IMG/VR virus record: IMGVR_UViG_3300031612_000001
DNA length: 64,000 bases
Reading direction: 5' to 3' (one strand)
Origin: an uncultured virus (IMG/VR IMGVR_UViG_3300031612_000001)
Taxonomy: Duplodnaviria > Heunggongvirae > Uroviricota > Caudoviricetes
Shown: piece by piece, positions 28,850 through 37,174 of the stretch
How positions within the stretch are numbered: position 1 is the stretch's first letter
Layout: each line of letters begins with the position of its first letter
Program-made: the position numbers and the translations under genes
Notes under the pieces: model-generated
The model's input: the letters and a program-made list of their open reading frames with translations, nothing else
Told to the model about the DNA's origin: nothing
The model's database searches: none

Positions 28850-31075
28850 ATGTATAATACCACAGTAGCCAAACTACTAGCCAAAGAGAACATAGAAGTT
28901 CAATACGGCAACTATCAAACAGCATGGTTCGACATCGAATCTAGAACTCTAGGCTTGCCTTTATGGAAAGACATGGGTAAAGATGTGCACGATCTATTCG
29001 TAGGTCATGAAGTTGGTCATGCTCTCTATACACCATACGAAGGTTGGCACGATTCTCCAACGAATGTAGAAAAACTACATGGTTGCCCTAGGTCATATAT
29101 TAATGTATGTGAAGATGCTAGGATCGAAAGAATGATTAGATCTGAATATCCAGGACTTGTAGGTCCAATGGCTAGAGGATACAAAGTCTTAGCTAACCAA
29201 GAATTCTTTGGTGATATTAATAATGTTGATTTTGATTCAGTAAAGCTAATCGATAAAATCAACTTAAAAGCAAAATTACAAACTCTTATTGAAGTTCCGT
29301 TTAATAACGAAGAAGCTACTTTATATAGAAAAACAATGACAACCGAAACCTTCGATGAAGTGATCGATATAGTAAAAGAGATATTAGCTTATACAAAAGA
29401 AAATACTCCTGAGTTAATTGCTAAGCCAGAACCACAACCTGAGGAAGAGAATAAGAGTGAAGAAGAACAACAAGAACCACAATCCCAAGCAGACGCAGAT
29501 CCAACCTCAGATGGACACGACGATGGCGAAAGCACCGAGTCAAACAATACTGACACTACAGAAAACAAGGAAGAAGAAGGAGACTGTAGTTCTACGGAAT
29601 CTGAAGAGCAAGAAGAAAGTGACGATGACACTCCGCAGAAAGAAAAGGCTGCAAGTAAAAACCCTGAAGCAGGTGTAGAAGAGGAAGATCATTCTATTAC
29701 TGATATGATTTATAGAAACTCTGAAGAAAGATTACTTGAGCAAGATTCACATGGTCAGCAAACTCTCCTTGGAAGAGATAGAGGTAAAGATACTATTAAG
29801 TCATCTGTTATACCTTACCCTCTACTTAAAGAATCTAGAGCTCAGAAAATAAAAGATAACAGATATGGATCTGATGATTCTGACATCATGGATGATTACC
29901 CAACGTATATGAAAGCTGTTAAGAAAGCTACTAACGTTGCAGTAAAAGAATTCGAAATGAAGAAGGCTGCTTTTCAATGGCAGAGAGCTGCTACTGCAAA
30001 GACTGGATTATTAGATACTGATTCTATTCACGCATACAAAACATCTGATGATATCTTTAAGAGAGTTACCAATTTGGCTGATGCTAAAAATCATGGTATG
30101 ATTATGATAATCGATTACTCAGGTTCTATGATGTCGACAATGCATCACGTACTTGATCAGTTAATTCACCTATCAACCTTTTGTAAAGCAATCAATATAC
30201 CATTCGATGTATATGCTTTCACAACTTCAGGCTGGAGAAATGATGACATCGATGAATGGAAAATGAAAGATGGAGAGGTTGATTTCGATAATCTTAAAAT
30301 GCCTCATCTACTATCTTCTACATTTAAGAAAGCAGATTACAACGATGCTATTCAAAGTCTATACAAAAAAATGCTAGCGAACAAAACATCAAGTCAAAGA
30401 TGGGATTCAGAAAGCTGGAAGAATTACGATGAAGATATGTATACATCTAAGTATGAGCAATATGGTTCAACACCACTTGATGCAGCATTGATTGTAACTC
30501 ATCACTTAGTTAACTCGTTTAGAAAGAAGCATGCTGTCGATAAGATGAACTTATGTGTTATCTCAGATGGAGATTCAAATCATCTAAACGTTGCTAGAGA
30601 TGCAAAGTTATCAAAGAAGCTATACGCTGAAACAAGAAGCAATTACAGTAATGGTATGAAACTAGTAGTTGATAGAAAACTGATTAACCTTGAAGGATAC
30701 AGAACTCAAGCTACCAAATGCTTACTAGATAACCTATCAAAAAGATATGGTGTAACCACCCTTGGATTCTTTATTGCTCAAGACAGGCATGACTGGAACA
30801 ACAAGATAGCTCAAGTATCTGGCTATGGTTCAACTAATAAGTGCAACAAAGAATATACAAAGAATAAAGTTGTTGTAATGAATAATACTATAGGATACGA
30901 CAAGTTCTTTCTACTAAAAGGTGGCAAAGATCTGGCAGTTAATTCACCTGAAATGGATGATATGATTACAGGTGATATGAGTACAGCTCAGATCAGAGCA
31001 GGGTTCAAAAAGTATACCAAAGGCAAAAGGAATTCGAAAGTATTAATGAAGCAACTAGGTGGGATAATCGCCTAG
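28850..31075 (+). CDS. CobT-like VWA-domain protein with N-terminal HExxH motif
   Basis: HEVGH; long acidic linker; MIDAS DYSGS...TP...SDG; adjacent to a MoxR ATPase. Confidence 0.8.
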   Translation: MYNTTVAKLLAKENIEVQYGNYQTAWFDIESRTLGLPLWKDMGKDVHDLFVGHEVGHALYTPYEGWHDSPTNVEKLHGCPRSYINVCEDARIERMIRSEYPGLVGPMARGYKVLANQEFFGDINNVDFDSVKLIDKINLKAKLQTLIEVPFNNEEATLYRKTMTTETFDEVIDIVKEILAYTKENTPELIAKPEPQPEEENKSEEEQQEPQSQADADPTSDGHDDGESTESNNTDTTENKEEEGDCSSTESEEQEESDDDTPQKEKAASKNPEAGVEEEDHSITDMIYRNSEERLLEQDSHGQQTLLGRDRGKDTIKSSVIPYPLLKESRAQKIKDNRYGSDDSDIMDDYPTYMKAVKKATNVAVKEFEMKKAAFQWQRAATAKTGLLDTDSIHAYKTSDDIFKRVTNLADAKNHGMIMIIDYSGSMMSTMHHVLDQLIHLSTFCKAINIPFDVYAFTTSGWRNDDIDEWKMKDGEVDFDNLKMPHLLSSTFKKADYNDAIQSLYKKMLANKTSSQRWDSESWKNYDEDMYTSKYEQYGSTPLDAALIVTHHLVNSFRKKHAVDKMNLCVISDGDSNHLNVARDAKLSKKLYAETRSNYSNGMKLVVDRKLINLEGYRTQATKCLLDNLSKRYGVTTLGFFIAQDRHDWNNKIAQVSGYGSTNKCNKEYTKNKVVVMNNTIGYDKFFLLKGGKDLAVNSPEMDDMITGDMSTAQIRAGFKKYTKGKRNSKVLMKQLGGIIA

Positions 31076-31175
31076 TGCACCAGCGTGAATCTAAGTGGGT
31101 AACCCCCTTGCTTCTCTGTTTAGATGCACACACGATCACTCATCAGAAATAAAATGAAATTAACGAAAATAAAGG

Positions 31176-31204
31176 TGTACATTTGCAAAGAACTATGGTA
31201 TAAT
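31176..31204 (+). promoter_or_regulatory. early promoter with A-rich UP element
   Basis: TGTACA-17 nt-TATAAT. Confidence 0.85.
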
Positions 31205-31246
31205 ATACCTATATTAAAAAATAATAATAGATAAGGAGTCTACATT

Positions 31247-32398
31247 ATGAATAAAGTGAAAATAAGCACTCAAAAAATCCTCGAGGTATTAGCCTCAAGG
31301 TTTCCAGACAAAACGGAATTTAGAACTAGCGAAGTAGTTGATACTGGCAAGTCACTAGGTTACACTGGAAAAGATTGGAACCCGCTACTACAACCAGAGA
31401 ATAGAATCAAGAGAGGCATGTTTTGTCTAGCTTCGTTCATTCAACCTGTAGAAGATGTGGTTACAAATTCCGCCCCTCGCATGTTAAACAACGTGGTAGC
31501 TATGGCACCTCAATCAATAGTAAATAAGGAAAGGACCTATGCTAAAATAGATCCTACGTATATAGCATGGGGAGCACATTCTGATGTAACAAGAGTTATT
31601 AAGTCTGATATGTTCTACCCAATTTATATCTCAGGTCTTTCTGGCAACGGAAAAACTTTCATGGTCGAACAAGCATGTGCTAAGCTCGGCAGAGAGTTCA
31701 TAAGAGTTCAAATCAATCCTGAAACTGATGAAGATGATTTAATCGGTGGATTCAGGTTGATCAATGGAGAAACAGTTTTCTCTAAAGGACCAGTTCTGAA
31801 AGCAATGGAAAATGGAGCAATCCTTCTCTTAGATGAGATCGATAGAGCTACAAATAAAATCATGTGCTTACAAGGAATCCTTGAAGGCAAACCAGTCCTA
31901 GTAAAGAAAACTGGTGAAGTGGTTGAACCAGCAGCAGGATTCAATATTATAGCTACAGCTAATACCAAAGGCAAAGGCTCAGAAGATGGCAGATTTACTG
32001 CAGCTTCGATTATCGATGAAGCATTCCTTGAAAGGTTTACTATATCAATCGATCAGCAATATCCTTCAGCGGCAGTTGAAAAGAAAATTGTTATTAAGCA
32101 CTTTGAAAAGTTTGGTGTAGATCTTAATGAAGACGTTAATGATTTTACAACACAGCTTATTAACTGGGCTGATATCATTAGAAAAACTTTCTATGATGAT
32201 GGTGTAGATGAAGTAATTTCAACTAGAAGGCTTTGCCATATTGTTCAAACATACTCTATCTTTGAAGATAGAATGAAAGCAATCAATCTTTGTATTGCTA
32301 GGTTTGATGATGATACTAGGGAAGCATTCCTTGATCTTTACACTAAAGTAGATTCAGGAGTTTCATTCGAAGATCCTGAAGAAGAGGCAGGTTACTAA
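31247..32398 (+). CDS. CobS/MoxR-like AAA+ ATPase
   Basis: GLSGNGKT, LLLDEID, ATANTKG, AFLERF and ISTRRL motifs. Confidence 0.88.
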   Translation: MNKVKISTQKILEVLASRFPDKTEFRTSEVVDTGKSLGYTGKDWNPLLQPENRIKRGMFCLASFIQPVEDVVTNSAPRMLNNVVAMAPQSIVNKERTYAKIDPTYIAWGAHSDVTRVIKSDMFYPIYISGLSGNGKTFMVEQACAKLGREFIRVQINPETDEDDLIGGFRLINGETVFSKGPVLKAMENGAILLLDEIDRATNKIMCLQGILEGKPVLVKKTGEVVEPAAGFNIIATANTKGKGSEDGRFTAASIIDEAFLERFTISIDQQYPSAAVEKKIVIKHFEKFGVDLNEDVNDFTTQLINWADIIRKTFYDDGVDEVISTRRLCHIVQTYSIFEDRMKAINLCIARFDDDTREAFLDLYTKVDSGVSFEDPEEEAGY

Positions 32399-32407
32399 AA
32401 TGAATCC

Positions 32408-32436
32408 TTTACTTTTACTAAAAACTGTGGTATAAT
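32408..32436 (+). promoter_or_regulatory. early promoter (TTTACT variant)
   Basis: TTTACT-17 nt-TATAAT with extended -10 (TGG). Confidence 0.7.
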
Positions 32437-32443
32437 ATATCTA

Positions 32444-32752
32444 ATGAATAAAATATTATTAAAAACAAACTATAAATTTAATGAAGGAGCTCTTATCAAA
32501 GAGTTCCAAAATTATGTAGACGGTACTTATGCAGGACATTATGGAGAAGGTGGATTTCAATCCTCTGAAGTCATAGTTGATCGTGGACATGGCCTAGGAT
32601 TCTTCTTAGGAAATGTCGATAAGTACAACGCCAGGTACGGCAAAAAAGGTGGTCCTTCTGATCATCGCAAAGACTTAATGAAGGTGTTACATTATGGTCT
32701 CTTGGCTCTATACGAGCACGACAGAATAAACACACCAACAGAGAAAAAATAA
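32444..32752 (+). CDS. DUF3310-like protein (T7 gp1.7-like nucleotide kinase family)
   Basis: HY...GFFLGNVDKYNARYGKK...DLMKVLHY pattern. Confidence 0.65.
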   Translation: MNKILLKTNYKFNEGALIKEFQNYVDGTYAGHYGEGGFQSSEVIVDRGHGLGFFLGNVDKYNARYGKKGGPSDHRKDLMKVLHYGLLALYEHDRINTPTEKK

Positions 32753-33432
32753 TGAATATATCAAATGACACACTTGACGTGCTAAAAAACTTTGCTAGTA
32801 TTAATCCCAATATGGTAATTAAACCTGGCCAACAACTGAAAACAATATCTGAAGCTAAGAACATTCTTGCCACCGCTGATATTATTGAAGACTTTCCGCA
32901 GGAGTTTGGAGTCTATGACTTAAACGAATTCTTGTCAGTCAACAATCTAGTAGCACCAGCAGAATTCGAATTTCAAGATAAATATGTTGATATGAAAAGC
33001 GAATCAGGTTCTAAAGTTAAGTACTACTTTTCTGAACCAGAAATTCTAACAACTCCACAAAAGGATATTAGTATGCCTGACTGTGAGTTTGGAATTCAAT
33101 TATCTGATGACCTACTCAATCAATTTAAAAAGGCAGCTGCAGTATTAGGTCATAGTGAACTAGTATTAACGGGTGACGATGGAGTTATTACAGCTTCGGT
33201 ACTAGATGAAAAAGATTCCACAGCGAATACTTTCTCTCTACAAATCGATAGTAATAACGAATGTAAAAACAAATTCAGCTTTGTTATTAACATCAATAAT
33301 CTAAAGCTATTAGCTGGTGATTACTATGTTAGTATCTCTTCTAAGCTTATAAGTAATTGGTCTAATACTTCACGTAATGGATCTATAAATTATTTTATTG
33401 CTTTAGAAAAAACAAGCGAATTTAATGTATAA
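32752..33432 (+). CDS. gp45: sliding clamp gp45
   Basis: LKNFASIN, FGVYDLNEFL and YFIALE motifs. Confidence 0.94.
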   Translation: MNISNDTLDVLKNFASINPNMVIKPGQQLKTISEAKNILATADIIEDFPQEFGVYDLNEFLSVNNLVAPAEFEFQDKYVDMKSESGSKVKYYFSEPEILTTPQKDISMPDCEFGIQLSDDLLNQFKKAAAVLGHSELVLTGDDGVITASVLDEKDSTANTFSLQIDSNNECKNKFSFVININNLKLLAGDYYVSISSKLISNWSNTSRNGSINYFIALEKTSEFNV

Positions 33433-33537
33433 ATATAAATACATAAAAGAATTTCTCATTAATAATAATGAGGATATGGTGGAAGATGCGGATTACCGGT
33501 CTTCTCAAATTAGTCTACTTTGCAAAGGAGAAATAAA

Positions 33538-33816
33538 ATGACTGAAGAAGTAAACGCGGCAGCAATGCCGGCAGCTGAAGAAGCTGCACCTCAACTAACT
33601 CTTGGGGATATCGCGACATTGGTACAAATCATTGATTTGTGTTCAAAGCGTGGTGGATTCGAAGGATCAGAACTGGAAGCAGTTGGAAGTCTTAGAACAA
33701 GAGTAGTAACATTCCTAGAAGCAAACCAACCTAAAGATGGCGCTCAGCCAGCTGAAGGTACTATGGTTCCTGCTGAATCGGAAGAAGTAACAGAAGCTGT
33801 AACAGCTGAAGGTTAA
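33538..33816 (+). CDS. hypothetical protein with a structured 5' leader
   Basis: ATG 33538 with AAGGAG SD; IIDLCSKRGGFEGSEL motif; tandem late promoters at 33428-33441. Confidence 0.7.
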   Translation: MTEEVNAAAMPAAEEAAPQLTLGDIATLVQIIDLCSKRGGFEGSELEAVGSLRTRVVTFLEANQPKDGAQPAEGTMVPAESEEVTEAVTAEG

Positions 33817-33820
33817 AACT

Positions 33821-33849
33821 GAGGGGGACTTTCGGGTCCCCGCTCTTTT
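33821..33849 (+). terminator. Rho-independent terminator
   Basis: GAG-GGGGAC-TTTCGG-GTCCCC-GCTC followed by TTTT. Confidence 0.8.
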
Positions 33850-33874
33850 ATTATTATAAATTATTGGATATATT

Positions 33875-34132
33875 ATGAATACAAATGAATCAAAGTCGCT
33901 ACTCAGCGCATTAAAACAAGGCACTGTAACAGTAACCTTTAATAAAATAGATACTGGCGAAGTAAGAGTTATGCCATGTACTCTCAACCCTGCAGTATTA
34001 GAAGCTAATAATGTTACTAGCAAATTTAACTATGAACCACAGAACATGGAAGCTTTCCCTGTATGGTCATTAGACAAGAACGCGTGGCGAGCTTTTAGAC
34101 TTGATACAGTAACTGGTTGGGAGGTTCTTTAA
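33875..34132 (+). CDS. WYL_2/DUF2693-like SH3-fold protein
   Basis: VTFNKIDTGEVRVMPCTL...WRAFRLD pattern. Confidence 0.65.
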   Translation: MNTNESKSLLSALKQGTVTVTFNKIDTGEVRVMPCTLNPAVLEANNVTSKFNYEPQNMEAFPVWSLDKNAWRAFRLDTVTGWEVL

Positions 34133-35067
34133 TGCAAGAATTCTTATGGGTAGAAAAGTATCGTCCTCGAATTATCGATGATGTTATATTACCAGACCAT
34201 TTAAAGTCCACCTTCAAAAAGATTGTCGAAGGTGGCGAATTACATAACATGCTTCTAACTGGCTCTGCTGGTCTCGGTAAAACTACCGTAGCAAAAGCTA
34301 TATGTAATGAACTCGGATTAGATTTTCTTTTGGTCAATGGATCTGAAGAAGGTGGTATCGATATACTACGTAATAAGATTAAACAGTTTGCTAGCTCAGT
34401 TAGTTTGCAAGGTGGTTATAAGGTAGTTATATTAGATGAAGCTGATTACTTAAATCCACAATCTACTCAGCCAGCTCTTCGTGGATTCATTGAAGAGTTT
34501 AGTGCTAACTGTAGGTTCATCCTAACATGTAACTTTAAAAATAGAATCATCGATCCGTTGCATTCTCGTTGTACAACAATTGAATTCAATGTATCTAAGA
34601 AAGATAGTATGGCGTTATGTGCCCAGTTCTTAGAACGATGTGAAATGATTCTTAAAATGAACAATGTAAATTACGAGAAACAAATACTAGCAGAATTAAT
34701 CATGAAGCATGCGCCCGATTGGCGTAAGGTTCTAAATGAATTGCAGAGATATTCTGTGAGTGGTACTATTGATACTGGAATCTTAGTTGCTCTATCTGAT
34801 ACTAACGTTAATAACCTTATGACTTTCTTAAAAGAAAAGAACTTTAAGCAAATGCGTAAATGGGTTTCAGAAAACATGGACAGCGAACCAGTTGCTATTT
34901 ATCGTAAGCTATATGATAATATGAGTGACCACGTAGATTCATCTTCTATTCCACAGTTAGTTCTTATCTTAGCTGATTATCAGTATAAGAATGCATTCGT
35001 TGCAGATCACGAACTTAATACGGTTGCGTGTCTAACGGAAGTTATGGCAGGAGTTAAATTCAAATAA
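34132..35067 (+). CDS. gp44: clamp loader large subunit gp44
   Basis: LWVEKYRP, GSAGLGKTT, ILDEAD and SRC motifs. Confidence 0.95.
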   Translation: MQEFLWVEKYRPRIIDDVILPDHLKSTFKKIVEGGELHNMLLTGSAGLGKTTVAKAICNELGLDFLLVNGSEEGGIDILRNKIKQFASSVSLQGGYKVVILDEADYLNPQSTQPALRGFIEEFSANCRFILTCNFKNRIIDPLHSRCTTIEFNVSKKDSMALCAQFLERCEMILKMNNVNYEKQILAELIMKHAPDWRKVLNELQRYSVSGTIDTGILVALSDTNVNNLMTFLKEKNFKQMRKWVSENMDSEPVAIYRKLYDNMSDHVDSSSIPQLVLILADYQYKNAFVADHELNTVACLTEVMAGVKFK

Positions 35068-35171
35068 TGGGTAAATTTAGACAGTGGTTACGAAACTGGT
35101 TTGATCATCAGCTCGAAAAATCATTACAAAGAACTGCAGATAGATTATCGTATAAAGGTAAAAATAAATGA
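35067..35171 (+). CDS. 34 aa hypothetical peptide
   Basis: MGKFRQWLRNWF...; TAATG and ATGA overlaps couple it to both neighbours. Confidence 0.5.
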   Translation: MGKFRQWLRNWFDHQLEKSLQRTADRLSYKGKNK

Positions 35172-35371
35172 GATACTTTATAAACCCAGTCCATTACGGA
35201 ATTCAAACTCGATATAGAGTAAGTGCCATAATGCACGACAACACAATTATTAGTGAGTGGGTATTTGATTCAAAAGCGGAAGCCGATGATATGCTTACCA
35301 AGTTGGACGAAAAAGAACTTACAGCAGATTACAGACAAATGCAAAATGAAATTTATAGGAAGGAACTGTAA
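35168..35371 (+). CDS. small hypothetical protein
   Basis: 67 aa ORF inserted between gp44 and gp62. Confidence 0.55.
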   Translation: MRYFINPVHYGIQTRYRVSAIMHDNTIISEWVFDSKAEADDMLTKLDEKELTADYRQMQNEIYRKEL

Positions 35372-35372
35372 G

Positions 35373-35762
35373 ATGAATCCGTTTGAATACCTAAATGCGA
35401 TCAACTATTCTAAGAAAGATATTATGATTGATGATCTTGCTGAAAAAGGATACAATTCCTTTATGGTAAATCGAGGATTATCGTATTTTCCTGATACAGT
35501 TCTATACGCTAATGAAATGAATAGGTGCCACCACATAGATAGCCGCCTTCAATTTGATTTTCTTATAAATATAACTAGGAAGAAGAAAAGGTTCTCTAAA
35601 TGGTTTAAACCAAACGAGGATGAGAACATTAGTATTCTAAAGGAATATTATGGGTATAGCAATGAAAAGGCTAAATCTGTTTTATCATTATTACATATTA
35701 ATCAAATTGAAGATTTGAAAAACAGGATTTATAAAGGTGGAAGAACAAAAAACAATAAGTAA
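35373..35762 (+). CDS. gp62: clamp loader small subunit gp62
   Basis: PFEYLNAIN, FMVNRGLSYF, KRFSKW and EYYGYSNEKA motifs. Confidence 0.92.
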   Translation: MNPFEYLNAINYSKKDIMIDDLAEKGYNSFMVNRGLSYFPDTVLYANEMNRCHHIDSRLQFDFLINITRKKKRFSKWFKPNEDENISILKEYYGYSNEKAKSVLSLLHINQIEDLKNRIYKGGRTKNNK

Positions 35763-36162
35763 TTGGCATCCTGACATGATGCTCGAAATTACGCTCAACG
35801 AACCAGATGACTTTCTTAAAGTAAGAGAGACATTAACCCGTATAGGAGTAGCATCAAGGAAAGATAATAAACTTTTCCAGTCATGCCACATCCTTCACAA
35901 ACAAGGTCGGTATTTCATAGTTCATTTTAAAGAACTATTTTTACTCGACGGAAAGCCAAGCAATTTACTCGAGAACGATGTACAGCGTAGAAACACTATA
36001 GCCGTACTACTCGCTGATTGGGGACTAATAAGTATTATTACTCCTGATCAAGCTAAGGACGTAGCGCCATTAAGACAAATTAAGATTATTCCTTTTAAAG
36101 ATAAAAGCGAATGGGAACTATGTCCTAAGTACAATATTGGTAATTCTAATAAAGATACTTAA
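35737..36162 (+). CDS. regA: translational repressor RegA
   Basis: PDDFLKVRETLTRIG and SCHILHKQGRYFIVHFKELF motifs. Confidence 0.96.
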   Translation: MEEQKTISNWHPDMMLEITLNEPDDFLKVRETLTRIGVASRKDNKLFQSCHILHKQGRYFIVHFKELFLLDGKPSNLLENDVQRRNTIAVLLADWGLISIITPDQAKDVAPLRQIKIIPFKDKSEWELCPKYNIGNSNKDT

Positions 36163-36168
36163 GAACAT

Positions 36169-36300
36169 ATGACAGAAGAATTAAAACAATTAGGTTTGAT
36201 TCCAGGAAAAAGCAAAGTTAAACAACAGATCATCGTAGGAAAATATATGATGATCTTTTATGTTGGCGTAATACTTGGACAAATCACACAAATTATTTAA
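36169..36300 (+). CDS. 43 aa membrane peptide
   Basis: MTEELKQLG...YMMIFYVGVILGQITQII*; hydrophobic C-terminus. Confidence 0.45.
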   Translation: MTEELKQLGLIPGKSKVKQQIIVGKYMMIFYVGVILGQITQII

Positions 36301-36317
36301 AAGGGCCTGACAGCTAC

Positions 36318-36383
36318 TATAAATATAACTGATAGATGCGGTATAGGACCGGTCTACACTTAACCTTGCTATTTAATAGGAGG
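36318..36383 (+). promoter_or_regulatory. late promoter plus ROSE-like RNA thermometer leader
   Basis: TATAAATA at 36318-36325; hairpin at 36333-36356; SD-occluding hairpin CCTTGCTATTTAATAGGAGG containing the UUGCU motif. Confidence 0.65.
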
Positions 36384-36390
36384 AACTAAA

Positions 36391-36843
36391 ATGGTAAGAA
36401 ATACTATGAACGTGCCGCGTTCTCTATTCATTGGGTTTGACCCAATACTTAACGAGCTTGAAAGAATCCACTCAGCTGGAAGATCTCAAGACAACTATCC
36501 ACCTCATAACGTTGTAAAGGTCGATGATGAACATTTCATTATTGAACTTGCAGTTGCGGGATTCTCGGAAGAGAACATTTCCGTTGAGGTAAAAGATGGT
36601 ATTCTGATAGTAAAAGGCGATCAGCCTGATGAGCCACGAGAATACGCACATAAGGGAATTTCATCCCGCAAATTTGAGAAGAGCTTCCGACTCTCTGAAT
36701 TTGTTGTTATAGACGGTGCCAATCTTGTGAATGGAATACTTGTGGTGAATGCCAGAGTAGAAGTTCCAGAAGAGAGGCGTCCTAGGAAGATCGATATAGG
36801 GTCTGCTGGGGCATCAAAAAAGAAAGAGTTTATTCAAGAATAG
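36391..36843 (+). CDS. hsp20: small heat shock protein Hsp20 (IbpA-like)
   Basis: IGFD, NYPPHNV, ELAVAGF, HKGISSRKF and NGIL motifs. Confidence 0.93.
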   Translation: MVRNTMNVPRSLFIGFDPILNELERIHSAGRSQDNYPPHNVVKVDDEHFIIELAVAGFSEENISVEVKDGILIVKGDQPDEPREYAHKGISSRKFEKSFRLSEFVVIDGANLVNGILVVNARVEVPEERRPRKIDIGSAGASKKKEFIQE

Positions 36844-36898
36844 ACTCTCAATTAGCGAACACTCAGTAGATTGTTTTTTAACCTTTTACTGGAGATAA

Positions 36899-37057
36899 AT
36901 GATAATGACAAGATTAATTAATATGTTAATTACTGACAAAAATCATGATATCGCTAAGGCCTTATATGAAATGATGGAAGTTTTCCTCATTGGTACGTTC
37001 TGCTTAGGTGCAGCGCCGTTGCTAATGTGGTTGGCAGCCACTTCATGGAGTATCTAG
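36899..37057 (+). CDS. 52 aa membrane peptide
   Basis: GGAG SD; hydrophobic C-terminal VFLIGTFCLGAAPLLMWLAA. Confidence 0.55.
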   Translation: MIMTRLINMLITDKNHDIAKALYEMMEVFLIGTFCLGAAPLLMWLAATSWSI

Positions 37058-37078
37058 GTCCAGCCTTTACATCATATC

Positions 37079-37098
37079 GGGGGGATTCACGTCCCCCC
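37079..37098 (+). terminator. GC-rich hairpin, probable terminator
   Basis: GGGGGGAT-TCAC-GTCCCCCC with an AT-rich tail, before the gp43 promoter. Confidence 0.65.
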
Positions 37099-37118
37099 AA
37101 CTTATTATTAAATAACAG

Positions 37119-37147
37119 TGTACATTTAGCGTAAACTGTGTTATAAT
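37119..37147 (+). promoter_or_regulatory. early promoter for gp43
   Basis: TGTACA-17 nt-TATAAT. Confidence 0.8.
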
Positions 37148-37174
37148 ATATATCTACATTATGGAAAAAGCTAT

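Noticed and set aside
28850..32398. CobT/CobS as cobalamin-biosynthesis auxiliary genes
   Set aside because: No CobN or other cob genes are present; a generic MoxR AAA+/VWA chaperone pair common in T4-like phages explains them
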